From an uncultured Alphaproteobacteria bacterium (GTDB lineage Bacteria; Pseudomonadota; Alphaproteobacteria; Rs-D84): a stretch of 64,000 nt of DNA. Of the stretch, positions 19,306-28,926 are shown piece by piece. Each line of letters opens with the position of its first letter. The stretch's first letter is position 1. The stretch is from positions 23,875 through 87,874 of the forward strand of contig CALXOX010000004.1 of the NCBI GenBank assembly GCA_944390125.1, read 5' to 3'. The notes under the pieces are model-generated. The model was not told the DNA's origin. It made no database searches and saw nothing but the letters and a program-made list of their open reading frames with translations. Both the position numbers and the translations under genes were made by a program.

Positions 19306-20871
19306 ATGCCAACAATTGTACAACAAATAGAGTCTGCCCTAGAAAATAACAAAAGTTTTGTGCTATCTGGCGGTGCTGGTAGTGGAAAAACGCATTCTCT
19401 AAAAGAAGTTATAAATTCAATATACGGCAGTAACCCCAATGCTAAAATTGCTTGTATCACTTTTACAGAGGTGGCTTCTAATGAAATCGCTGAACGATGC
19501 AAAAATACTGATAGGAATCTTTGGGTTTCGACTATTCATAAATTCTTATGGGAAAACATTAAAAATTACAAACCCCAGTTAAAAAAAGAACTTATAGAAC
19601 TTATAAAAGCAGATAAAATATCGTACCACGATGACAACGACATAGAAGAAGTATTAAAAGATAAAGTCGTTGATTACGGAATAAGCAGAAAAATATCAGA
19701 AGGTTTAATTTGGCATGATGATTTATTGCTTATAGCAAAAGAAATGTTTGCTAAATATAAACTATTAAACAAAATTTTTTCTGATAAGTATGACTACGTT
19801 TTTATTGACGAGTATCAAGATACAAGCAAAGATGTTATCGAAATATTTATCAACATGATAAAATCTAATATAAGGACAAAATTTGGCTTTTTTGGTGATT
19901 CTATGCAGGCTATTTATGAAACAGGTATAGGTAGCCTGACAGAATACGTACAAGATAACACGATTACAGAGATAAAGAAAGCGGATAATTATAGATGTTC
20001 TGTAGCAGTAATAGAACTTTGCAATAAAATAAGGAACGATGGGATTATACAAAAGCCGTCAAACATAGAAAACGGCGAGATAAAAAACAAGCCAGGTTGT
20101 GCAGTTTTTATTTATAGTGATAATGACTTAAATGCGTTTGAGCAATCTGATTTATACAACGAAATTTTTGAAAATGTATCGCCAGATAAGGAGTTGTACT
20201 TAACATATAAATTAATTTCACAGAAACATAATTTTATTGATTTGTTAAATGCTTATATAGAAGCATATGGTAGTCATGGTAGAGAAAAACTGATGGGAGA
20301 AAATAAGGACGATATAGCAAAGTTCCTAAATCGTACGGCAGAATTAATATATTTATATAAATCTGGTAGATATAATGAATTTATACAGAAAACTTCATTT
20401 GACTTAAAATCGCATTCTTTCAAATTAGAGTTACGAAACGCCATTGAAACCGCCCTTTCCGAAAAAGATATCGAATGGACTGTTAATTTTATGGCAGAAA
20501 AGAAACTTTTGATTCCTAATGATAATCTTAAAGAAAATATCGCACTTTGGAACAAAGTAAAAACAATCAACTTTGAACAAGCTATGAACGTATATAATTT
20601 AGAAACTGATCATACCCCATATTCTACACAACATGGGGTAAAAGGTGCTGAATTTAATAATGTACTTGTAGTTTTAGATAACGGGAAGTGGTTTAAATAT
20701 AATTTTAATAAACTTTTTTCTCCTGAACCGGCTTTATTAACATTAAAGCTTTTCTATGTGTGTATATCAAGAGCAAAGAATAACTTAGCTGTATTTATGC
20801 AAAAACCCGACAAACAGGTTTTATTAAAGGCTATAGAATGGTTCGGAGAAGAAAATGTTAAAAAAGTTTAA
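19306..20871 (+). CDS. gajB: Gabija GajB: UvrD/Rep-like SF1 helicase
   Basis: Walker A SGGAGSGKTHS, motif II FIDEYQDTS; starts 2 nt after the gajA stop; 521 aa. Confidence 0.75.
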   Translation: MPTIVQQIESALENNKSFVLSGGAGSGKTHSLKEVINSIYGSNPNAKIACITFTEVASNEIAERCKNTDRNLWVSTIHKFLWENIKNYKPQLKKELIELIKADKISYHDDNDIEEVLKDKVVDYGISRKISEGLIWHDDLLLIAKEMFAKYKLLNKIFSDKYDYVFIDEYQDTSKDVIEIFINMIKSNIRTKFGFFGDSMQAIYETGIGSLTEYVQDNTITEIKKADNYRCSVAVIELCNKIRNDGIIQKPSNIENGEIKNKPGCAVFIYSDNDLNAFEQSDLYNEIFENVSPDKELYLTYKLISQKHNFIDLLNAYIEAYGSHGREKLMGENKDDIAKFLNRTAELIYLYKSGRYNEFIQKTSFDLKSHSFKLELRNAIETALSEKDIEWTVNFMAEKKLLIPNDNLKENIALWNKVKTINFEQAMNVYNLETDHTPYSTQHGVKGAEFNNVLVVLDNGKWFKYNFNKLFSPEPALLTLKLFYVCISRAKNNLAVFMQKPDKQVLLKAIEWFGEENVKKV

Positions 20872-21023
20872 TGATTTTTTAAACGAGTTCGGGTGAAAAT
20901 GATGTTTTTTAAGATTAAATGTAATTTTTTAGGTTAATGTGGAAATCAGGTATAAAACTATTACTCATAATTATTGCAGAGCAACGATTGCTGGACTAAG
21001 ATATAAACCAATACACAAGTGGG

Positions 21024-21869
21024 GTGGTTATGTTCAAAATATCAAAATCTGATTATGTATTGGGGGTTAAGTGCCCAAATGCAATATGGTTTAAAAAACT
21101 GCGCAAGGATTTGCAGCCAGAATTCAACACTGCGTTATTAGAGCAGGGTAATGCCGTTGGTGCATTGGCTCGTTCCAAGTACCCAGATGGCGTTCATATA
21201 ACCGATTTGCCTTGGGAACGTTCCGCGGTTCTTAATACCCAGCGCGCCATAGATAACAATGCCCCATACATATACGAAGCAACAATGGCAACAAGCACAG
21301 GTGAATATTGCGCCGTAGATATATTAAAGAACAATAATGACGGTACCTGGGATATCATAGAGGTAAAATCAACCACCAAACCCCACGATTATCACTATAT
21401 AGACATATCGTTTCAAAAGTACGTATTCAGCAAGTGTGGTCTGCAAATTCGTGATTGTTGGATTTTGACTTTGAATCCTGAATATGTGCGTCATGGCGAA
21501 TTAGATGCACAAGAACTGTTTATCGCCCACGACGCATCAGCAGAAATGCAATCTATGGAAACGGTCGCATCAGAAGTTGAACGTATAAGAAACATCTTAA
21601 ACGGGCCAGAATTAGGTATTGCTATATCCAAGGCCAAGTGCAATAAGTTTTACGAGTGCAGTTATAAAAATCATTGTTGGCGTAATGTTCCGCCTTATTC
21701 TGTGTTTGATGCCTTCAAAGTGGCTTTGGCAGATGAAATATATGCAGAATACGGGCCAGATTTGGCAAATGTTCCGGCTGACCAGTATGTTCGACAAATG
21801 CGCAGCGGGGATATAGAGGCTTTTTTAAGCAATCAAGAAATCTGCAACCCAGATATCTTGCGTCAATAA
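21024..21869 (+). CDS. Stand-alone Cas4/RecB-family PD-(D/E)xK nuclease-like protein with Cys cluster
   Basis: N-terminal Cys (GVKCPNAIW), motif II CAVDIL, motif III DIIEVKST (E-x-K), QxxxY (FQKYVF), C-terminal C-x5-C-x5-C (CNKFYECSYKNHC); no cas1/cas2 or CRISPR nearby. Confidence 0.5.
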   Translation: MVMFKISKSDYVLGVKCPNAIWFKKLRKDLQPEFNTALLEQGNAVGALARSKYPDGVHITDLPWERSAVLNTQRAIDNNAPYIYEATMATSTGEYCAVDILKNNNDGTWDIIEVKSTTKPHDYHYIDISFQKYVFSKCGLQIRDCWILTLNPEYVRHGELDAQELFIAHDASAEMQSMETVASEVERIRNILNGPELGIAISKAKCNKFYECSYKNHCWRNVPPYSVFDAFKVALADEIYAEYGPDLANVPADQYVRQMRSGDIEAFLSNQEICNPDILRQ

Positions 21870-21885
21870 TAACAAAATGGTCAAT

Positions 21886-22311
21886 TTATAAATGCACAAT
21901 CTCAGTGTCGGGGATTTGCTCTGCAATGTATTCAGCAGCGAGGCGGCGATGGCATTGTAGGGCGGATTTTTCTGTGCATAACAAGCAGATGCGGTAAATG
22001 TCGGCAGGGGCGAGTCCCTCGATCGGGTGGCGCGCAGCCAGCAATTCGCGATACAGCTTTTCATAATCGGCCCAAGTGATGCGGCCTTCTTTGTATCCAG
22101 CCAATATTTCGGTCGTTGGGGCAAATTCGGGGTGATATTCGTACCGCGCGCCCAATACCGTGGCCAGATTTTTGCCACTGTAAAATGGAACGTACGCGCT
22201 GGCGCGCCAAAGCCGAATATCCCAAACACAGTTTATCTTGGCTGCATTCAGGATATCCAAAAAATCATCGGGCTTTTTGCCACTAAAACCAATTGTAAAA
22301 ATCTTTGTCAT
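21886..22311 (-). CDS. DUF488 family protein (copy 2)
   Basis: 141 aa; same motifs as 7701..8126 (CLLCTEKSALQCHRRL). Confidence 0.6.
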   Translation of the reverse strand: MTKIFTIGFSGKKPDDFLDILNAAKINCVWDIRLWRASAYVPFYSGKNLATVLGARYEYHPEFAPTTEILAGYKEGRITWADYEKLYRELLAARHPIEGLAPADIYRICLLCTEKSALQCHRRLAAEYIAEQIPDTEIVHL

Positions 22312-22312
22312 A

Positions 22313-22963
22313 TCAGTATAAAAATAACCCGTTTAACATTAAATAGCAATGATTTTCCTGTATCAGGAATTTGCGTGCCAACCCTATACGACAATGAGCA
22401 TACTGACTGGCGGCAATGGCATTATTCAAATTTTCGACATCTTTACCTTTTTCAAATATATCGCGCAAGTATTTGCAACTGACTTTTAATTCATAGGTTT
22501 GTTTGGAATAGTCCGTGATACGTGCGCGCAGTTTGCCGTCTTCCGTAAAGAATTCAATATTGTGTGCCGGAATCAATACGGCACCCAACGAAGGACATTT
22601 GGTTTTCTGTGGCACATAAGCATTTTCTTTGACATGATGATGGAATATACTTTGTATGTCTTTTAATATGCTACTTTTTAGTGCGTTTGCCAACTCTTTT
22701 CCTGGTTCAAATTCTTGCAAAATCTCTATAGATTTAATATCTATGTTGACATCTTCGGTTCGGTGTGGGTAATCTCGTGGTTCTTTAAATTCTTCATTGT
22801 CGACCAATATTTCACAATATCTGGTCGGAATCTGATTAGCGTTCCAATAACCAGCGTTTATCATCAGACGTTTCATGCGTTTTTCATATGTATCAAAACC
22901 TGCAATACAGAATTTTTCTTTCATACATGTTATGTCAGAAATAATTATATTTGATTTTTTCAT
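22313..22963 (-). CDS. Hypothetical protein (216 aa), partner of DUF488 (copy 2)
   Basis: Start trimmed to MKKSNIIIS by analogy with copy 1 (the ORF track extends to 23011); ~85% aa identity to 8128..8778. Confidence 0.5.
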   Translation of the reverse strand: MKKSNIIISDITCMKEKFCIAGFDTYEKRMKRLMINAGYWNANQIPTRYCEILVDNEEFKEPRDYPHRTEDVNIDIKSIEILQEFEPGKELANALKSSILKDIQSIFHHHVKENAYVPQKTKCPSLGAVLIPAHNIEFFTEDGKLRARITDYSKQTYELKVSCKYLRDIFEKGKDVENLNNAIAASQYAHCRIGLARKFLIQENHCYLMLNGLFLY

Positions 22964-23360
22964 GTGCTTCCTTTGGGGTAACAAAAATACCCACCAAGAA
23001 CGGCGGGGCAAATAAAAAACGGCGATATAAATCGCCCGCTTAACTCAATGAGATATTATACCAAAATTGGGTTAAAAAATCAATAAAAAAAGATTGTGTT
23101 CTAAATAAATACCCTGTATTTATCGTATCTGATACCGTCAAATGTTACAACCCCGCCAGGAATAAATAAAACCCCACAAAATCCTTGTGGAGTTTATTTT
23201 TTGCCCAGTCAAAACCATGTTCATACATATCTTTATATTTCCACGCAGTTGCAAAGTTTTTTCATCTTTATACGGGGATACATCAATAAAACGTGTTGCA
23301 GCCGATTTCGTTTGCATATTAGATTTGGTTATATATAATTTAAACTCTAAAGGAGAGATT

Positions 23361-23699
23361 ATGTTCAATATTTCTAAATTTTCTTTGTGTCTTTTGCCAT
23401 TCACTCTGGGGGCTTGCTGCCAAAGTAATGTTGAAATAGTGCGCGGAAAATTGACAATGGGGCACGAGGTTAGGGCTTTTGTTCCTGATGGCCAAAATAA
23501 AGAATTTTGGATAATAGATAAGTCTGGTAAACTTTACCCAGAATACCAGAAAATAGCGCCCGTTGAGAAAGGTGCATATACTCCTGTTCGTGCAGAATTA
23601 AAAGTAAAAGAATTACCAAAAATGCAAGACGGTTTTGGCGCAGAATATGATGGAACATATGATGTCGTTGAAATCATTTCTATAACCCCAATAAAATGA
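23361..23699 (+). CDS. Putative lipoprotein
   Basis: Start at MFNISKFSLCLLPFTLGAC (RBS aaaggagag); the ORF-track N-terminal extension overlaps the repeat and is unlikely to be coding. Confidence 0.45.
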   Translation: MFNISKFSLCLLPFTLGACCQSNVEIVRGKLTMGHEVRAFVPDGQNKEFWIIDKSGKLYPEYQKIAPVEKGAYTPVRAELKVKELPKMQDGFGAEYDGTYDVVEIISITPIK

Positions 23700-23709
23700 G
23701 GTATATACC

Positions 23710-24276
23710 ATGAAAAAAATATCTATACTGGCATTGTCTTTAATCCCGACTGTTGCATTCGCGAACGATGATATAAACAATTTGGATGTTTATTTAAGAG
23801 TAGATGCAGGTTTAACTTATTCGGACTTAAATGTTGGTGATTATGATTTAGGTGGCTTCCAGGGTATGTTTAATTTTGCTTTTGGGGGTCAATATAACCG
23901 TTGGCGCGCAGAGTTGGCGTATCAGGAACGTGCAACAGTAAGTGAATTATTTAGTTCTTTGTTGACTCAAACAATGGCCACAATGGAGCAACATGCTTTT
24001 ATAGTCAATGGTTATTATGATATATGGTCGTCAAAATATTTTGCGTGGTATTTTGGCGGTGGTGCAGGTTTGAATTCTTATGAGCAAGTAATTACATATC
24101 AGGATACAGGTTTAGAAGTTACGAAAGATGGTTATTCATCAATTTTTGGGCTTTATACAGGCTTGAGCATAAACTTTGAGCATATTGGTATAGATTTGGG
24201 TGTAGATTATTATTATACGTATAAACCGAGCCAAAATAACATAGTTCCTAAAGTTGGTCTACGCGTAATCTTTTAG
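23710..24276 (+). CDS. Outer-membrane beta-barrel protein (OmpA/OmpW-like porin family)
   Basis: Signal peptide MKKISILALSLIPTVAFA, alternating Gly/aromatic beta-strand pattern, C-terminal ...VGLRVIF (terminal Phe). Confidence 0.55.
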   Translation: MKKISILALSLIPTVAFANDDINNLDVYLRVDAGLTYSDLNVGDYDLGGFQGMFNFAFGGQYNRWRAELAYQERATVSELFSSLLTQTMATMEQHAFIVNGYYDIWSSKYFAWYFGGGAGLNSYEQVITYQDTGLEVTKDGYSSIFGLYTGLSINFEHIGIDLGVDYYYTYKPSQNNIVPKVGLRVIF

Positions 24277-24306
24277 GTAATACGGACAAATGGTAGTGAA
24301 GTAAAT

Positions 24307-25245
24307 TTATTTACGGAACAGCAAGCTAATGAGTCGTTTTACAGGAGATGGTTGCTTTTTGTGTTCAACTTTACAAATATTTTTTTGCATGTATTCATTA
24401 AAAAAGTTTGTGTAAGTTAGATATCGAAACCATATATTTGATTTAGGAGGATTTATAGGATCGTACCAAGGCTTGCCCCAAGTAGTCCAAGTAACATAAT
24501 GTATTTGTATTGGCTCTTTCAGGGCTTCTTGGTGCTCTTGTTCTGTTGAACAATAGACATATTTATCAAAAGTCCATTCCTGTACTGCATACCAAGTCAC
24601 TAACGTCATGTTTCTTGGGTGCAGAAGTTTTATGTTTGGATAACTAACAATATTTAATATCTCTTGGTCGGGCAATTTCAGATAACTATGATATTGTTTA
24701 AGAAAACTCAGATATTTATAAGGCATGTCGTCTTTACGCATTTTATCTAGGTTGTATATCATATAACCCGCACCACAAATAAAGTGCATGTTTTTGTCTG
24801 TAATATCGGTTGAAAATGGTTTGTCTGTAGGTAGGGCCGCTTGTTTTACACCAGCAAAATACTCATCAGACGTAAATGCAATGAACTCCTTTGATATGTC
24901 GCCAGAAAAGACAACATCTACATCAGTTACAATCATTCGTTTAAAATTCTGGAATATATCTGCAACAAGACACTTGTAAACAATTTCTTTTGGCCAACCG
25001 GCGACATTATCAGGTATATCAAATTGCTTATCAATGTCGTCCATCGGTATAAATTTTATAGACGCATTTTTAAATTCAAATACCAACTTGGTCAGTTTGT
25101 TTTTGTGTTCTTCCGATAAATTTGTCTGCAAAACAAATAGTTGATATTGATGTTCTTTTGATGCATTAGCCAATAAAGAATAAATAGCAACAGATGCCGG
25201 AATTGAGTAATTATCATTAAACATCATCGCAATCGGAATGATCAT
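24307..25245 (-). CDS. Glycosyltransferase family 8-like (LPS/capsule glycosyltransferase)
   Basis: N-terminal IPIAMMFNDNY..., DxD-like TDVDVV; last gene of a four-gene operon, 4-nt overlap with the upstream gene. Confidence 0.45.
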   Translation of the reverse strand: MIIPIAMMFNDNYSIPASVAIYSLLANASKEHQYQLFVLQTNLSEEHKNKLTKLVFEFKNASIKFIPMDDIDKQFDIPDNVAGWPKEIVYKCLVADIFQNFKRMIVTDVDVVFSGDISKEFIAFTSDEYFAGVKQAALPTDKPFSTDITDKNMHFICGAGYMIYNLDKMRKDDMPYKYLSFLKQYHSYLKLPDQEILNIVSYPNIKLLHPRNMTLVTWYAVQEWTFDKYVYCSTEQEHQEALKEPIQIHYVTWTTWGKPWYDPINPPKSNIWFRYLTYTNFFNEYMQKNICKVEHKKQPSPVKRLISLLFRK

Positions 25246-26357
25246 TTCAAAAACTCCTCAATAATATCAACTATTCTGTTGGCAGCTTTACCGTCTCCAT
25301 ATGGATTATTGTGTCCGTCTAAGCGTGTCTCTGAAATATCCCGAGATAATATAAAGCGTGCTTCAGAAAGAATTTTATCATAATCTGCGCCGACCAATCT
25401 AGCAAAACCAGCCTTTATGCCCTCTGTACGTTCTGTTTCGTATCGCATTACTAAAACTGGAGCGCCAAACGTAGGGGCTTCTTCTTGAATTCCGCCTGAA
25501 TCTGTCAATACCAATTTTGCATGTTTCATTATAGTTACTAATTCTGGGTAGTCTAGAGGCTCTGTAAGTATAACATTAGACACTAATGCCAATTCAGACT
25601 TTACTTTATCTCTTACGTTAGGGTTAGGATGAACTGGCAATATAAACTGGTGGTCTGAGAAATCGTTTGCTAGTTGTTTTATTGCTTTAAGGATAGAGTC
25701 AAGTCTTTCACCATGATTTTCACGTCTGTGCACTGTAATCAGAGTAAGTTTGTCGTTTAGAACTATATTGCGATCAGAAATAGACTTTTCTGCTTTTAGT
25801 ATAACGTCATCGGATAAGCAACTTAAAGCGTCTATTACGGTATTCCCGGTCATATGTATTTTTTCTGCATTTATGTTCTCTTTTATTAAAGATGTATATG
25901 CCAACTCTGTTGGTGCGAAATGTAAACTTGCAATTCTAGCAGTCATTTGACGCATAGCTTCTTCTGGGAACGGTTCAAATAAATCGTAAGAACGTAATCC
26001 TGCCTCTACATGGAAAAGCGGTACTTTGTTATAAAAAGATACTAGTGCACCACAAAATACTGTCATAGTGTCTCCTTGAACTATTGTGGCATCAAATTTA
26101 TTCTGTTCGAATATAGAGCTAAGTGCAGTTAAAATGCGCGATTGAACGCCAGCCAAAGTCTGATTCGGCTGCATAACGTCCAATTTAAAATCCGGAATTA
26201 TTCCAAAAAAAGACAATGTTTGATTTGACAGTTCTTTTTGCTGCTCCGTATTGCACACGTACACGTTGCAATCATTTCTTTTTTTCAATTCCAAAATTAC
26301 GGGTGCCAATTTTATAGCTTCTGGCCTTGTCCCTAAAATTACAATTATATTTTTCAT
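25242..26357 (-). CDS. wecB: UDP-N-acetylglucosamine 2-epimerase (non-hydrolysing, WecB/NeuC-like)
   Basis: MKNIIVILGTRPEAIKLAPV..., conserved HVEAGLRS and DSGG motifs; ATGA start/stop overlap with the upstream GT gene (start set at 26357). Confidence 0.75.
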   Translation of the reverse strand: MKNIIVILGTRPEAIKLAPVILELKKRNDCNVYVCNTEQQKELSNQTLSFFGIIPDFKLDVMQPNQTLAGVQSRILTALSSIFEQNKFDATIVQGDTMTVFCGALVSFYNKVPLFHVEAGLRSYDLFEPFPEEAMRQMTARIASLHFAPTELAYTSLIKENINAEKIHMTGNTVIDALSCLSDDVILKAEKSISDRNIVLNDKLTLITVHRRENHGERLDSILKAIKQLANDFSDHQFILPVHPNPNVRDKVKSELALVSNVILTEPLDYPELVTIMKHAKLVLTDSGGIQEEAPTFGAPVLVMRYETERTEGIKAGFARLVGADYDKILSEARFILSRDISETRLDGHNNPYGDGKAANRIVDIIEEFLK

Positions 26358-27154
26358 TTTTTTCTCACAATTGCATATATACATTTTTGGGTTGTATGAA
26401 TTTTTATAAGAATCCGTTCGTTCGCATTCAAGGGAATAGAATTTGAATCCCTAATTTTTCTGAAACGTACAAGATACAAGTTACCTATCTTAAATTTATT
26501 TTTCCTTTTATAACCATCCAACCACGAACCATTAAAATGATGTATCGTATAGTTTTCTTTTCCTGTTTCTGGAGTACAGAAAAACCAAGATGGTTCAATT
26601 ACACCGTCGTTACCTAACAATAAGCGTTCGGAACCATTATAGGGTTGTTTTACGCCGTATTGTGCGAAAAACTCGGACACTCGTACTGTATTGGTTTTTA
26701 AATTTAATGAACCATCGGAATTTATAAAGTGTTCACCATCATAATCTGCTAACAAAGCAGATATAATTTTTCCATCAGGTTCTGAACCGACAAACGCAGT
26801 GAAGGGGAAACATTGACCTATAATGTTCTTTTCATAGCCAGATATAAATTTATTTTTACGAAATTTGTCTATGTTTGCAGTAACTTCTAAATCGGAATCG
26901 AAATAAAAACCACCAAATTTTTTCAGTGCGTATAAACGAATAAAATCAGAAACGAATGCCCATTTTTTCTGTTCGAAAGCTTCCTTTAAATAAGGATTTT
27001 TGGTAGATTTTATCACTTGCTCTGTTGCAGCGTTATCCCATTCTACTATTTCATAATCGGAGCAAAATTTTTTCCAACTATCAATACAACGAAGTATCAA
27101 TTCTGATTTTGGACTTGTACCAACCCAAACGAAGTGAATTCTTTTAGGTATCAT
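26354..27154 (-). CDS. Glycosyltransferase, GT32-like (Gly_transf_sug, DXD motif)
   Basis: IPKRIHFVWVG N-terminus and YFDSDLEV DxD motif. Confidence 0.5.
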   Translation of the reverse strand: MIPKRIHFVWVGTSPKSELILRCIDSWKKFCSDYEIVEWDNAATEQVIKSTKNPYLKEAFEQKKWAFVSDFIRLYALKKFGGFYFDSDLEVTANIDKFRKNKFISGYEKNIIGQCFPFTAFVGSEPDGKIISALLADYDGEHFINSDGSLNLKTNTVRVSEFFAQYGVKQPYNGSERLLLGNDGVIEPSWFFCTPETGKENYTIHHFNGSWLDGYKRKNKFKIGNLYLVRFRKIRDSNSIPLNANERILIKIHTTQKCIYAIVRKK

Positions 27155-27179
27155 GATGACGCTATCTCCTTTTATTATA

Positions 27180-28310
27180 CTAGTCTATCAATTTTAAAAT
27201 TTGGCTAGCTATGACATTTGCATCAAATCTTTTAAGTTCTTTTCTTGCGTTAGAAATGATTTCCTCTTTGTCTATTTTATTATTCCATACGTCTGACATA
27301 ATTTCCGCCAATTGTTCAACGTTTCCTGGTTTAAATAGCAGGCCGGCCTTGCCGTTTAGAGCAATTTCTTTTGGCCCATTAGGACAGTCAGAAGCTATAT
27401 TTAAAGTGCCGCAAGCGGAAGCCTCTATCATAACAGTCGGGAGCCCCTCACTATAGCTAGATAAAATTTGTGCTAGAGAATCGTGCATATAACCAAACGG
27501 TTCAGGAATTTTCCCCAAAAAGATGATATCATTTTTAGATAGTTGGGATGCAGCTAGGCTTTGAAAGAAGTTAGCATTTATGCCATCTCCAATTATTACA
27601 AGCTTGCATTCAGGTTGTTTTTCTTTACGCCAAAACACATCAAAAGCCTTTATTACCGTCCCTACATCTTTATCTTTGTCTAAACGAGATACACAAACAA
27701 AAAACGTATAGGGCAAACTACATCCAGCTGAGGCTTTTTTGGCTATATTCTCATAATCGGAAGGATTATATATTCTTATAAGTTTGTCTTTGATGTCTGG
27801 ATAATTATTAGCAATTTCTTCCAGACAGGCATCTGTTATGCATACAATTTTATCGTATTTGCAGAATCTAGAATATAGCTTACTCTCTGCAAAATAATTA
27901 TACGAAGAGTGTAGCCACGTAACGGTTTTCTTTTTTTTACAGTAAGAAAATTCCTTATAGAAAGATCCATTTTTATAATCAACTAATACGTCATGGTTGC
28001 GAAATTTGTACTTAAAAATTACGCGGCGGTATTTTTTATATAAACTGAAAAAGATTCTCCTAATATTCTCTACGACTGGGATATGAGTTTTAAACCTTTC
28101 GAATATTGGACCTGCCGGGAAACAGACATGTGTAATTATATTATTATGATTGTTAAACCACTCTATCCAAAAGGGCTCTGCTAAAGGCATGTGAAAACAC
28201 ACTGTAAGCTCAATGTTTGAATGTTTAGATAAAGAAATCAATGTTTGTCCTAATACGGTTTCGACACCGCCGACAATCATATCTGGAACACAGAAAACAA
28301 TTTTTTTCAT
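27180..28310 (-). CDS. Glycosyltransferase family 4 (GT-B)
   Basis: C-terminal EX7E region SYSEGLPTVMIEASACG. Confidence 0.6.
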   Translation of the reverse strand: MKKIVFCVPDMIVGGVETVLGQTLISLSKHSNIELTVCFHMPLAEPFWIEWFNNHNNIITHVCFPAGPIFERFKTHIPVVENIRRIFFSLYKKYRRVIFKYKFRNHDVLVDYKNGSFYKEFSYCKKKKTVTWLHSSYNYFAESKLYSRFCKYDKIVCITDACLEEIANNYPDIKDKLIRIYNPSDYENIAKKASAGCSLPYTFFVCVSRLDKDKDVGTVIKAFDVFWRKEKQPECKLVIIGDGINANFFQSLAASQLSKNDIIFLGKIPEPFGYMHDSLAQILSSYSEGLPTVMIEASACGTLNIASDCPNGPKEIALNGKAGLLFKPGNVEQLAEIMSDVWNNKIDKEEIISNARKELKRFDANVIASQILKLID

Positions 28311-28422
28311 GATTAAACACCCAAGCTATTTACAAGAACTGGCTTTCACAAATTTTGCAGATATTAGCATAAAAGTCAATTTAAATAAAAGCAAGCTCGT
28401 ATAATTCTTTCTTTTCATATAT

Positions 28423-28926
28423 TTGACGTTGATTTATAATGGGGGCATGGAAGTAAAAACTAATGTTATGCGTATATTGGATGCGCATAAAGTATCTTAT
28501 AAAGCTTATTCTTATGTCGGAACGGGGGCTCTAAATGGGCAAGAGGTGGCAACTGCTTTGAATCAAAACCCTGCACAAGTGTTTAAAACCTTGGTAACGG
28601 TTGCTAAATCGGGGCAGCATTATGTTTTCATGGTTCCTGTGTGCGCAGAATTAGATTTAAAGCGTGCCGCTGCAGCCGTCGGAGAAAAAGCAATTGATAT
28701 GCTTAAAATGCGCGATTTATTGGGACTAACTGGTTATGTGCATGGTGGTTGTAGCCCAATTGGAATGAAAAAACAGTTCAAAACAGTTGCTGATGCATCA
28801 GCGAAAAAATTTAATACGATAATCTTTAGTGCAGGGCGTATTGGATATCAAGTAGAAGTCGCATTGACAGACTTGGAAATGATTATTCCTGTTTCTTTTT
28901 CTGATATTTGCGTACAACAGAGTTAA
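28423..28926 (+). CDS. ybaK: Cys-tRNA(Pro)/Cys-tRNA(Cys) deacylase YbaK/EbsC family
   Basis: Similarity to YbaK (…HGGCSPIGMKK…); true start may be at MEVK (28447). Confidence 0.6.
   Translation: MTLIYNGGMEVKTNVMRILDAHKVSYKAYSYVGTGALNGQEVATALNQNPAQVFKTLVTVAKSGQHYVFMVPVCAELDLKRAAAAVGEKAIDMLKMRDLLGLTGYVHGGCSPIGMKKQFKTVADASAKKFNTIIFSAGRIGYQVEVALTDLEMIIPVSFSDICVQQS

Larger units (their letters stand above)
21875..23215. repeat. Direct repeat copy 2 (~1.35 kb)
   Basis: Homologous to 7685..9140, including the hairpin aaaaccccacaaaatccttgtggagttt at 23167-23195. Confidence 0.75.

Noticed and set aside
23187-23360. N-terminal 58-aa extension of the lipoprotein ORF
   Set aside because: Runs through the repeat flank and hairpin. 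A good RBS and signal peptide begin at the internal Met (23361).
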